35,216 nt of DNA from Saprolegnia diclina VS20. Lineage: Eukaryota. Made by a program: the position numbers and the translations under genes. Below the pieces are notes generated by a model. The model worked only from the letters and a program-made list of their open reading frames with translations. It searched no databases and was not told where the DNA came from. Positions within the stretch are counted from its first letter, which is position 1. Every line of letters begins with the position of its first letter. This document shows positions 1-11,400 of the stretch, piece by piece. The DNA lies in NCBI RefSeq assembly GCF_000281045.1, contig NW_008246119.1, positions 241,023 to 276,238 on the forward strand, read 5' to 3'.

Positions 1-230
1 ATGCTGGCATCAGGGGTCTTCAACCCACCGTTTGACAAGTGTACACTCTTTCCTAGTGCATCCCGAGATGCTACGTCACACGGCTCAAGCGGCGCGAATC
101 CCGCGAGTGCTGACACGAGTGCAGGGGTCATGTTGCCGTGGAGGCAGATAACATTATTTCAACATTATACTATATGAGTACGCGGGATAAAAGGTGTAGC
201 GCGGTCATACCCAATTGAAGCCCGACGACG

Positions 231-1358
231 ATGATGCTCCTGCGACGCACGCTTGGCCGATCTGTTGGCGCCCGCGCCATGGCCTCCTTTGTCAGCATGA
301 ACGTCAATGGCAATGCGTGTCATGCCACGATCGAGAAGGCTGCCGATGACAAGAAGGTGCTTCTGTGCCTGCCCGGCGCCTTGGGTACGTCGAACGCGAC
401 GCATCCGCCTTGCTCATGCGTGTCTAGGCACGGGCGCCACGGACTTTGGCCCGCAGCTCGAAGCGTTCAAGAACGACTACTCGGTCGTGGCGTTCCACCC
501 GGACATGGCGCACAATGCGTCCGAGGACTTTCTTCAAAAGCACGCGCACGACGCCGCCGCCTTCATGAAGGGCCTCGGCTACGACAAGGTAGCTTCCGTG
601 ACGACACACCATGACCTCTCATGGTCGCATCTAGTACTCGATCGTGGGCTGGAGCGACGGTGCGAACGCCGGTGTGATTCTCGCTGCCGAGTACCCTGAC
701 CACCTCGAGCGCCTCGTGCTCATGGGCGGCAACGTACGATCATGATATTGATGCAAATCGAGTACTCATGGACAGAGCACAGGCCTTTATCACGGACGAA
801 GACCTCGACATGTACGCTGCCGTGGCCGATGTCGCGTCGTGGGGTGCTACGCACCGGACCAAGCTCGCCGACGTCCACGGTGGCATCACCCAGTTGCAAG
901 CGCGCTGGACTGGTACCCTCTACTCCTTGGACGCTGGCTAACGCATCGATGGTAGAGTGGATCCAGACAATGACGCGCATCAACGAGAGCGGCGGCGATA
1001 TCTGCACGTCGTACCTCCCGGACGTCAAGTGCAAGACGCTCGTGCTCCAAGGCGAACTCGTACGTCACTCGCCCTCTCCAAGCCCTAACGCTCTCATGTG
1101 TAGGATGCGCTCGTGCCGGACTTTCAAGGCGAGTACATGAGCGAGCGCATTTTGCACTCGCGCTTCCAACTGCTGCCGGGCGCCAAGCACAATGCGCATC
1201 TGTCGGCGCCGGATGTTGTCAACGCGATCCTCAAGTCGTTCTTGCTCGAAGCCGACGACAGTGCGACCCACAGCCGCGAGTTTGCCGCCATGCCGCCCAA
1301 GGACCCCAAGGCCAAGAAGGAGGCGATTCCCGTGTACCACAGCGGGCCGCGGTGTTAA
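231..1358 (+). CDS. Alpha/beta-fold serine hydrolase, valacyclovir hydrolase (BPHL)-like, 300 aa, 6 exons (231-384, 428-588, 635-733, 783-912, 956-1059, 1104-1358)
   Basis: Five GT..AG introns of 43-49 nt join the frames into one ORF. Motifs: LPGALGTGATDFGPQL, nucleophile GWSDG, acid GELDALVP, His GAKHNAHL. The Arg-rich N-terminus resembles a mitochondrial transit peptide. Confidence 0.9.
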
Positions 1359-3377
1359 AAATTAAACGAAAACCCGCTCGGAGTCGTCTCGGCGACTGCC
1401 TTCCACGGCGCCTTGGTCGTATAGTCGACGTTGGCCTCCATGTCCCACTCGAACGGCGCAAAATGCAGCGGATTCTCAAACTCGAGGAGGTGCTCGTCCT
1501 GGAGAAAGATGAGCCGGCGCGCGTGCTCGGCCAAGTGGCGGTCGTGGTCCTGCCGCATGCATTCGGCCGTGCAGTACGTGCACGTTTTGCACAAGGTGCA
1601 GCGCCGAAGCAGCGTCGTCTGGCTCGAGTCGCAGCTCGAGCACGACACAATCTCAGTCTCGGACGCCGTCGCCTTGCGGTCCCAGATCGTCACCTCGTGC
1701 GCGGTGTCCGAGTAGTTGGGCAGCGGAACGCGCTGCAGAAGGCGGAAGTGCTTCATGACGTCGCACTCGAATTGACGGTCGCCCGTCTCGCCATACCACT
1801 CGCCCACTAGAAGAACGTGAGCACACAGCACCAACAGCAAAAGGAAGCGTACCATGAATGAGGTACCGGCCCTTGTAGTGGCGGAGCGCATCGCGGGCAA
1901 GCGACGACTGGGGCGGCGCGCACAGGAGAAGCGTGCGGCCCTTGAGCGGCTTGAGCTCGAGCACCTCGGCGCCGCCTTCGTAGACCTTGGTGAACGGCGG
2001 CACGATTGCGTCGAGTGTTTCAATGATCTCGTCATCGTCGTCGTCAGCGGGCGCCGCGTCCGTCGACCACTTGAGCTTGGACTGCTTATCGAACGGGAGG
2101 ATGTCGGCCTTTTGCTTGAGCAAGAGCGAGCTCCAGTAGCCGAGGCCAGCGCCGATCTCAATGAGCGGCGAGTGCGCGGCGATGGCCTTGAGCGCATCTG
2201 GGTGCGGGATGGCCGGCGCGTAGAGCTTGTCGAGCCACACACGCACGTTCTCGCGCCACTGCTGCAACAGCGGGTACGCGGGCACGGACGCTTTCGGCTT
2301 GGCGACGACCTTGTGCTGGTTCATGCGCTGCTTCTTCGTCAAGCGCTTGTTGGCGTTGGTCGTCGAGCGGCCGAGGTCTGCAATTGCCCTGTCCATTTCG
2401 CCGCCCATACCCATGCCCGGCTCGTAGAAGAGCTGGATGCCTTCGCGCAAGCGGGCTTGAAGCATCTCAAAGAGCACGAGCGGGTCCTTGTGGCGCTTGG
2501 AGATTTCGTATGGCGCGTGAAAGTCATCCGGAAGGCCGTCGCGGAGGAGCTCGGTCGCAACAAAGACCTCGTAGTCGCGGTCCGACGACGCGCCGTGCGT
2601 CATGAGCAGCTGAAGGTACTCGTCGGGTGATGGCACGGCGCCGCAGCCGCGACCGTAGAGGCACAGCGTCGTGTGGTAGATGCTAAAGTACATTTGGTCA
2701 AAGCAGCAAGCGAGCTTGATGCGCATCTCGGAGCGGCCACTCGCTGCGACTGCTTGCATCGCGGTCGATATGAGCGCGTGCAGATCCGTGTTGAGCTTGG
2801 TCATGAGTGGGCGCTCTGAGGCGAATTCCTTGTCGTTCTGATGCTTGATGAGGTGGTCCTTGAGGTGTTCATTCAGCGCGCTCGAGAGAAGATCGAGGCT
2901 CGCTTGCGTCCACGCGTGCGACCCGACAACCGAGCCCGCGAGCCGGCCGAGCACAACGATCGAGTGCATGAGCCCCATGAGCACTTGGCCGTGCAGGCCC
3001 TTGGCGTCGTCGTCGCGTTTGGTGAAGACGAGTGAGTGGAGGAACACACCGTGGTCGCACTTGTGGCACTGGTCGTGCTTCTTCTTGTCGACGCCATACC
3101 CGCGGCAGTTGCAGCCCGGTGACTTGCACGGACCGACTTGACATTGCTTGGGCAGGAGCTCGAGAAGGCCGGTCGCGTCCATCTTGGCGGGCTGCGCCAC
3201 GACGGCCGACGACTTGCGCTTCGAGGATGGCTTGCGCTTGGCGATGTTCTTGGCGACGTCGTCGTCCATCTCGAGGCCGTACTCCATCGCGACGGCGGCG
3301 ATCTCATCCTCAATGAACGCGATCTCGCTCGCGCCGAGGCCGACGCTCTTCTTGCGCTTCTTCTCCCGGTTGACCAT
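1355..3377 (-). CDS. Uncharacterised class I SAM-dependent methyltransferase-like protein with N-terminal Cys/His cluster and C-terminal MYND-type zinc finger, 658 aa, 2 exons (3377-1853, 1806-1355)
   Basis: Intron 1852-1807 (GTACGC..TTCTAG) gives YLIHVGEWYGETG. SAM motif I is LIEIGAGLGYW, followed by LLLCAPP. C-terminal CSSC-x10-CTLC-x4-YC-x3-C-x7-H-x3-H; basic N-terminus EKKRKK. Confidence 0.8.
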
Positions 3378-4197
3378 CGCTTGGCTTGTGCTTTGGCGGG
3401 CTCGCTTGGCTGCGGTTCGATTTTATTGGTTGGTGGTCTAACATGTGCAGTGACCGCTTTTTCAACTTGTTGTTTGTATTGGATATCCCAAGCACGATTT
3501 TTGTATCGGTCGCGTGACACTGCTTTCTTAGCCGGTTGATAACCGGTTGCACACACTGGTGGTCAAACCATATGGCTTGGTGTGGCCAATCGCTGGGATC
3601 GGTTGTCGTCAGAAGAGGGACGAGAGCCGCCGCTCCTCACGACCATACAAAAAGCTATATACTTCGGGTCGCTTTTCCGTGCACCAGGCGTACACTTTAC
3701 TTGCCCATCCGTTCAAAAAGACAGTAAAATTACACACACGGGTGCAAAATTCTAAAAGGATTAAAAAGCACCCATGTCCATACAAACAACAAGTACATAG
3801 AATATCAAGGCGCTAATCAGACTGTGTCCACCGCCCGACAGTGGGATTTACGGTGCCTCGGAAATTAAAAACGGTATTTTAAAATTCAAAAGCAATTGCA
3901 GAGCGTGGGACAGCGTATCGCAGTATCAAATATAATAAATCCAGGACAAAATGCCAAAATGCCGACCTTTTGCACCCAAAATACACTTGGTGGTTGTATG
4001 GGGTATACAAACTATGAGACGCTCGTATCCGCCACGACGAGCGCGGCCATGTGTTTTTTTGCTACTTTTATTGTTGGCTACATTTGTGTAGAGAAAGGAT
4101 TGGAATTTTATTATTTTATTGCGTCGCGTCGGGTCCGACTCTACGGACTCCGATTATTCGGCAAATCCCGGCGCAAGCGGCAGGCCATCCTCTGCTC

Positions 4198-6000
4198 ATG
4201 CCGAATCATGTCCACTTCTCCTTGCCTACGTGGCAGCGCGACGACGACGATGATGCCGAGAGCCTGATCCACATCCCGCTCGCGGCCGACCGGCCGACGC
4301 CGGTCTCGTCGTCCTTCAAGTCGTCGCCGCCCGTCGAGCCCCACCCGATGGTCGCGCACCGCTGGCGCAAGATCCAGCGCATTGTCAAGACGGTGCTGCT
4401 GCTCGTTGTCGTTGTCTGCGCCAGCGTCGGCCTGTACATGCGCTTCGCCGGCCACCCGACTGCGGTCGTGATGGACCCGGCGCTCGACGAGGTGGATCTG
4501 CCCATCGACCGTGTCGGCGCCCTGTGGAAAGACGACTTTCAATGCCTTGGCTGGCGCGCGGTCGCCGGGTGCGACCCGACCGGCAAGCGCCACCCGACAG
4601 CCGACCGTGGTTGCGACGATGCAATCACGCGCGACATGGCCGGCTACTGCGAGGTGCGCAACCGCACAAGCGGCGAGATCTACCGCGTCATGGCCACGAC
4701 GTGCCGGGGCATCCACGAGTACGGCTCGTTCACGTGCAACATGGCCAAGAACTTTACCGACTTTTCGATTCTGGCGGCGACGTACAAGCACGTGCCAGCG
4801 CTCCAGGTGGCATCGACCCCCAAGGCATCGCGGGGCATCGTCATGTCGATCTACCAAGAAGCGCTGCCGAGTGTCTTTGCGATCGTACGCACGCTGCGAT
4901 TGCACAAGTGCAAGTTGCCGGTCGAGCTCTTTTACCGTCCGTCCGAAGTGAGTCTCTCGAACCCGATCGTGACGGAGCTCATCTCGCACTACAACTGCCG
5001 CCTCCGTGAGATCCGCGACCCGCAAGCCGTGCGCTTCAAGACCAAGCCATACGCGATCTACCACAGCCAATTCGACCACGTCCTCTTCCTCGACTCGGAC
5101 AACATCCCAGCCAAAGACCCGACGTACCTCTTCGAGTCGCGCGAGTTTGTCGCGCACGGGGCGGTCTTCTGGCCCGACTTTTGGCAGGCGCCGTACTCGC
5201 TCTTCAACGTCAACAAGCAGAGTCTCCTTTGGCAGCTTATCGACATGCCGTTCTGGGATACGTTTGAACAAGAGAGCGGCCAGCTCCTCATTGACCGCCG
5301 CCGGTCCGAAGATGCGCTGCACAAGCTCATGTTTTACTCGGTGGGCGACATTGCTGTTGGGGACATGCTCGAGCAGCTCCAGCTCGTGTGGGGCGACAAG
5401 GACCTCTTCCGCCTCGCGTGGCGCAACACGTCGACGCCGTACTACTTTGTCAAGCAGCCGCCGGGCCTCGGCGGCATCTACGACGACAACTCGCGCTTCT
5501 TCTGCGGTGTCGCCATGATCCAGTACGACATGCACGGCGACATCCTCTTTGTCCACCGCAACACGGTGAAAATGACGGGCAGCCCGAGCCAGAGCCAGCT
5601 CATTACGCATCTGCAGCAGTTTACGTACCGCGACGGCAACACCCACATGTACGAAGTCGCGCTCCGCGGCAACCGGCTCGGCATGAAGAGCTGCTACTTC
5701 CTCCCGGACGGCGTGCCGAGCATCGTCGAAGGCCTCGAGAAGTCAAGCATTAGCAAGGTCGAAGAGACGGCGCTGCAGTATGCGATCGAGGCCGGCAAGC
5801 TCATCGACTATGAAGACACCAAGTATTGGGGCTCGACCATGGAGTTCCTCGAGGTCCTTGCGCTCTACACGTTCTGCGCGTTCGCGCTCTGCTTCATTCT
5901 CAACTTTGCGTTCTTCCGCTTCTACTACGTCGAGAAGAAGCTCTACTGGTTTGACCGGTACTCGGGCAAGAAGCGCAAGTACTCGACGCCCATCGTCTAG
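4198..6000 (+). CDS. GT71 (Mnn2-like) alpha-mannosyltransferase, copy 1, ~600 aa, intronless
   Basis: Motifs FLDSDN, VFWPDFW, EQESGQLL, WGDKDLF. N-terminal TM, Cys-rich stem and a second TM near the C-terminus. Start placed at ATG 4198 because the ORF extension back to 4051 is AT-rich and promoter-like. Confidence 0.88.
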   Translation: MPNHVHFSLPTWQRDDDDDAESLIHIPLAADRPTPVSSSFKSSPPVEPHPMVAHRWRKIQRIVKTVLLLVVVVCASVGLYMRFAGHPTAVVMDPALDEVDLPIDRVGALWKDDFQCLGWRAVAGCDPTGKRHPTADRGCDDAITRDMAGYCEVRNRTSGEIYRVMATTCRGIHEYGSFTCNMAKNFTDFSILAATYKHVPALQVASTPKASRGIVMSIYQEALPSVFAIVRTLRLHKCKLPVELFYRPSEVSLSNPIVTELISHYNCRLREIRDPQAVRFKTKPYAIYHSQFDHVLFLDSDNIPAKDPTYLFESREFVAHGAVFWPDFWQAPYSLFNVNKQSLLWQLIDMPFWDTFEQESGQLLIDRRRSEDALHKLMFYSVGDIAVGDMLEQLQLVWGDKDLFRLAWRNTSTPYYFVKQPPGLGGIYDDNSRFFCGVAMIQYDMHGDILFVHRNTVKMTGSPSQSQLITHLQQFTYRDGNTHMYEVALRGNRLGMKSCYFLPDGVPSIVEGLEKSSISKVEETALQYAIEAGKLIDYEDTKYWGSTMEFLEVLALYTFCAFALCFILNFAFFRFYYVEKKLYWFDRYSGKKRKYSTPIV

Positions 6001-6634
6001 TGTATCAATCTCTGTCGACTAACTTATTTTGATAATACGCGTTTCCGCTGTACACAAACTCGACCGACTAAACCTCTGACGAGACCTCGAACTCGCATCG
6101 GACCGGCGAGCACGGTGGAAATGACTGCCGTCCCTTTAATCTGGTGTCAGGACGAGATGACGACATAACGACGCGCGTTATCACAGTGGGACGCGACCCA
6201 CATGGCGCGTTGAGCGTCCAAGATCGGCTTCTGAGAAGGCACACGTTGGACGACAACGTCGAACGAGACTGCGATCAGATCGCACGTCGTCTCCCTTCTG
6301 CAGCCACTCGACGAGTAGCTCCGAGATTGCATGTTCGTACACTGTCAACGCCAAACTGCCGCTCTTTGCAGCCACTTTTGCTGCCGTTAGGTCGCCTCAC
6401 CCCGTCGTTGCATCGTCCTCGGCTGCGACTTGGGTACGCTCACCGTTGAGAGCTGCCGTCGAGACTACCTCGTTGGTCGTATCCCCTTGGCTTATGCGCA
6501 AAAATGTCATGGCGTTGGGATCTCTCGCCAGATTTTTGGCTCGTTCTCAGCCGCAGCCGTTGCACGCGCCACGTGTGATTGGCGCGTTAAGTTTAGCCGC
6601 GTGTTGTGATCGCCATCTTATTTTGACTTGGGCG

Positions 6635-8338
6635 ATGGAGCGGAGGTTGTCGCTGCCCATGGTGGCCCGCCGCGCGCGCAAGCGGTCCAAGTCGACCTCG
6701 GTTGACGCGCTGACGCCGTGCGCGTCGACGGTGCTTCCGCGCCGCGTCTCCCGCGCCCTCGTAAGTCTCCTTGGCGTCTGCGCAGTGCTCGGCGTCTACC
6801 TCGGGCTCACGGCCTCGTACATCTCGGAGGAGATGCGCATGAACTCCGCGCTGGACGGCGTCATGCTGGACCTGCAAATGGACCGCATCCGTGACGTCTG
6901 GACCGACGAGACGTTCGAGTGCCTCGGCTGGCGCGCGACGAGCGACTGCAATCCCAGCGGCCGGCGCGAGCCGTCCAGTGACCGCAGCTGCAATGCAGCC
7001 ATCGCGTCGACGATGGCAGGCTACTGCGAAGTGCGCAATCGGTCGAGCGGCGCCATCTTCCACGTCATGGCAACCACGTGCCGCAGCATCGACGACGACG
7101 TCGTCTTCACATGCAACATGGCGCGGGACTTTACCGACTTTAGCCTCCTCGCCGCCGCGTACACAGAGCCGCCGCACATTGCATTCGACATGCCAGCGTC
7201 GCCGCCGTCCAATGGCATCGTCATGTCCGTCTACGAAGACGTTTTGCCGAGCGCCTATGCTGTCGTGCGCACATTGCGACTCCACGGCTGCAAGCTGCAC
7301 GTCGAGCTCTGGTACCGGCGCGAGCAGATCGACCCGCAGCACCCGCTGCTCCAAGAGCTTGTCGCGTCGCATCAGTGCGCGCTGCGCGAGATTTTCGAGC
7401 CGACGGCGACCCATTTTCACACCAAGCCGTATGCGATCTACTACAGTGCGTTCGAGAACGTCCTCTTCCTCGACTCGGACAACATCCCCGCCAAAGACCC
7501 GACGTACCTCTTCGAGTCGCGCGAGTTTGTCGAGCACGGGGCGGTGTTTTGGCCCGACTTTTGGCACCCGCGCAACACGCTCTTCAACATGCAGCCGCAA
7601 AGTCTCTTGTGGCAAGCGCTCGACATGCCGTACGTCGACATGATGGAGCAAGAGTCGGGGCAGCTCCTCATCAACAAGAAAGCGTGCTTGCCTGCGCTGC
7701 GCAAACTCATGTTTTACTCGGGCCATGCGCCGCGGCTCCTCGATGCGCTCGAGCTCGTCTGGGGCGATAAAGACTTGTATCGGCTCGCGTGGCTCAACAC
7801 GTCGACGCCCTTTTTTCTGCAGCCGCGCCTCCCCGCGATCGGCGGCCTCTACGACCCAACGTCCAAGTACTTTTGCGGTGTCGCGATGCTGCAGTTTGAC
7901 GCGGCCGGCGACGTTCTCTTTGTCCACCGGAATACCGTCAAGCTCACGGGCCACGTGCGCGAGACGCCAGTGCTCACGCACGTGCAGACCTTTACGGGCG
8001 ACGCGATCGAAGAGTACATCGTGTCGATCCAGGGCAACCGCATGGGCCAGTCGTCGTGCTTCTTCTTAACTGCCAAGAGCGTCGTGACGCCGGTGGAAGA
8101 GACGCCGTTCGCGACGCTCGAGGAGACGGCGATCCAGTTTGCGATCCAAGGCGCGGTTGCGTATGCGCTCAGCGAGCCCGACGACCGGCAAGTGCTGCCC
8201 CAGAACGCGCTGCTACTCGTGCTACTTGTGCTCTTCGTCTTTGGCTTTGCCAACGTGGCCATGCTGCGCGTGACGACGCGAAGGTCTTGGCTGCAGCAAT
8301 TCCGCGCCAAGCGGAAAAACTCCGTGCCCCTCGTCTAG
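6635..8338 (+). CDS. GT71 (Mnn2-like) alpha-mannosyltransferase, copy 2, ~567 aa, tandem paralog
   Basis: Same motifs (FLDSDN, FWPDFW, EQESGQ, WGDKD) and same topology as copy 1. Probable start is ATG 6635. Confidence 0.88.
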   Translation: MERRLSLPMVARRARKRSKSTSVDALTPCASTVLPRRVSRALVSLLGVCAVLGVYLGLTASYISEEMRMNSALDGVMLDLQMDRIRDVWTDETFECLGWRATSDCNPSGRREPSSDRSCNAAIASTMAGYCEVRNRSSGAIFHVMATTCRSIDDDVVFTCNMARDFTDFSLLAAAYTEPPHIAFDMPASPPSNGIVMSVYEDVLPSAYAVVRTLRLHGCKLHVELWYRREQIDPQHPLLQELVASHQCALREIFEPTATHFHTKPYAIYYSAFENVLFLDSDNIPAKDPTYLFESREFVEHGAVFWPDFWHPRNTLFNMQPQSLLWQALDMPYVDMMEQESGQLLINKKACLPALRKLMFYSGHAPRLLDALELVWGDKDLYRLAWLNTSTPFFLQPRLPAIGGLYDPTSKYFCGVAMLQFDAAGDVLFVHRNTVKLTGHVRETPVLTHVQTFTGDAIEEYIVSIQGNRMGQSSCFFLTAKSVVTPVEETPFATLEETAIQFAIQGAVAYALSEPDDRQVLPQNALLLVLLVLFVFGFANVAMLRVTTRRSWLQQFRAKRKNSVPLV

Positions 8339-8425
8339 TCGGTCAGCAAACCACATAGTAGAAGTGCCCCAGTCGAACGTAGTACAAGTAGAGCACTAAC
8401 ACACACCAAACCCTTGGTCCACGCA

Positions 8426-11400
8426 CTAGGCGTCTTCTTGCATTGAGGACGCGTTGCGGCGCACGTAAAAGAGTACGTAAGCCTGCGCGGAAATCGCGTC
8501 TTCGGCCGACGTCGGGCTCGTCATGCTGTCGTTGAAGCTGTACCAGCGGCCGTTGCGCGGGTTCTTGGCCTTGGCCGTGTAGTGCCCGCCGCCGAGCCCG
8601 CCCGAGTGTTCGGAGACCGCGTACAAATCGTAGATGGCACCGCCCGTCGACGGCCCCACAACAAACTCCGACACGTCGAGGCCTACACCAGGAAGAGATA
8701 GGGTCTCCGAGTACGATCGAGGAGAGCAACCTGTGATTGGGAAGCGCACTAGTGTCGAGATCTTGTCGCGGTGCAAATGGTAGTGGCCTTGGTTGTACCG
8801 GAAGCGCTTGAGGTGCAAGAGCAGGATCGTCGGCAGCGAAAACAAGTCAAATTTTTTGAACGCGCGCACATGGGCCTTGCAGCGTGGGCAGTACCACGTG
8901 TCCTTCTCGCCGAGCTGTTCGCGCTCAGTAAACTTGGCAAAGCACGACCGCAAATCCAGTGCCGGGTCTCGTCGCGACCGGAGCTCGAGCGCCGACGGAT
9001 GCGTGTTGCGCTGGCGCGGCGCCGCGTCATTGTACCCGGTCTCGTATCTACACATCACGTTTTCGTATCTACCAACAGTGACGCACGAGCGTACCCGTCG
9101 GCCGTCCACTGCAGCGTAAACGTAAATGAACCGCGCACAATGTCGGCCGAGAGACCGTCGTCGGCGCTCTCGGGCAGATGGCGCTGGAGGTACTCGTCGA
9201 CGCGGGTGTTGGTCACGTGCAGCACGTACGGTCGCTCCGTACACGATGTTTTCACGACCCGTTGCACCGCGTGCGCGACCTTGGCGTGGATCTCGGCGAG
9301 CGACGCCGTCCTCGCAAACGAGACGAGCGCCGGGACTTGGAAGAGCCGCCGTTCAATGCGACGCATCTTGGCATGGTTGCTCACCGACGAGTACCGGAAG
9401 CTTGGAAACGTCGCATCGTTGTCGTCGTCGTCTTCAGGCTGACGAGCGTCGTCGCTCATGCTGCTCGGGGACCCGTCCGGTGACGGCATTTGGTGCTGGA
9501 CGGCCACAAGACACATGGCGCGGTCGCTTGGCGACGGCAAGTTGAGGTTCATCGACCCCGTCGACGTGGTCGCAAAGAGACTCGTGGACCGAAATTCGTA
9601 CGCGTCCAACGAGTGCTCAAGCTCGTACGCAACGATAGTGTCATGGGAGCTGTCGAGGATCAAGTCGGTGACGTCGGCGGCGTCAACACACACGCTCGCG
9701 ATGCGGTGGTTCTTGACGCGCGCGAGCAGGAGACGGTCGATGGGGATGCCCGAGACGGTACTCAACGCGGCCTTGGCATCGCCCATCGAGCCTTCTTTCG
9801 GGACCAAGAACCCATACTGCGTCGGTATGGCCCCGTCCGCGCCATAGACCGACACAAGGACTGATGTCTACGAGTGTCCATGAGATACATAGGATCTGAG
9901 ATCGCGTACCTCGTTGGGCAAGGGCAGAGAGAGACTCATGTATGGGTCAAACGTGATCGACTCGTGCTGGCACATGGGGCACGTCACATGGCTGCGCAGC
10001 TGACCCATAAAGTGGTCCGTAATGACCGAGTCGTTCCGGCGGAGATACTGCTGCCACGCTTCTTGCGCGACGACGACGTCTGGCCGGCCGTTGGCTTCAA
10101 TGGTTTCGGTCACTGGCTTTCGCAGCACGCGGTTGAGGTCTTCGTGGAGGCCGTCGAGGATGAAGCTCAAAACTTCCTGGCTGTCTTGTTGGTTGTAGCC
10201 TGCAAACGCGGGCGCGTACTCGCCAATGACGTACTTGAGGTCGGTGGGCGCCACGATATCAACTTCGCCCGACCAGAGCTGCTGCAAGAGCTTGGCGAAC
10301 GCGGATGCAATCTTGCCCGACATACCGAGAGGGTTGGCCGTGTTGATCTCCGACTCGTACACTGGCGAGCCCGACTCGGTTCTCGCCAAAAAGTAGTGCA
10401 GTAGCGGTGCCGAGTTGCTAAGGCACTGGAGCACGCTGTTGAGGAAGCACGTGTTGCCAAGGTTGCGCAGCCCGACGACGCCGACAACGTCCGGCTTGCG
10501 CTTTCCGTACGAGTACGACGACGACGAGTAGGACGACGACGAGTACGCCGACGACGACGACGGGCGACTGTACGAGGTTGACGACTGCATGTACGAGCCG
10601 GATGAGTGCCCAAACTGGGGGGCCGCAGCGACCGAGGGTGCCACCGGCAGCTTCTTGACGTGCTCGTGGGCCTTGGCGACGGCTTCGTTCGTGACGTCAA
10701 CGACCGCCGTCGAGCGCTCCTTGTCCATTTTGAAGTCGAGCTCAAGCTTGATTTGTCGGCCGTAACATAGCTTGCGGGGGTTGCCGCCGGGCCACGCAAG
10801 CGGCCACGGCTCGTCCTCAATCTCCGAGGACATGACGCGCGTGATCGTGGCAAGGACCCAATCGCGCGTGAGCCCTCGGTTCTCTTTCGGGCAGTAGTCG
10901 ACGTTGTCGCCCACGCAGAGACCTTCTCGCCAGCTTGTCGAGATCGTGTGCAGCGGTGCGAGACGGTCCGAGTGCAGCGGGATCTTCTCGTCAAACTTGG
11001 CGCTGTTCCAGCTGAGGTAGTGCACAATCACGTTGTCGCTGCTCACAGCGACCACTGATGCTTCGTACCTACGACGCTGTCTTAAAGGCGCGACAAGGAT
11101 CGCTGCCGTACCACTTGTTGCTCGAGTCTTTGGCGTCGATGTAGTCGCCAGGCGCCAGCAGATCGCGCCACCCGTTGGCTTGGACGTTGCTCATAAAATG
11201 GAGGCCGTTGCGCTTGTCGGACGGCGTCGCCTTGTCGTCGTACGACGTCTCGATGAGAAAGTAGCAGTAGTCTTCATCCTCGTCGTCCTCCGGCACTGGC
11301 AGCATCAAGTTGAGCTCCCCAGCCGTAAGGCTTGACGTTGCTTGCGCGAGGTTGCTTGACGGGTTGACGAGGGTGCTCCAGCTGGCGTCGTCGAGCCGCG

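Noticed and set aside
9041..9072. Duplicated acceptor-like sequence (TCGTATCTAC twice) in a USP intron
   Set aside because: The proximal AG would leave a 26-nt intron, far below the 42-60 nt seen here.
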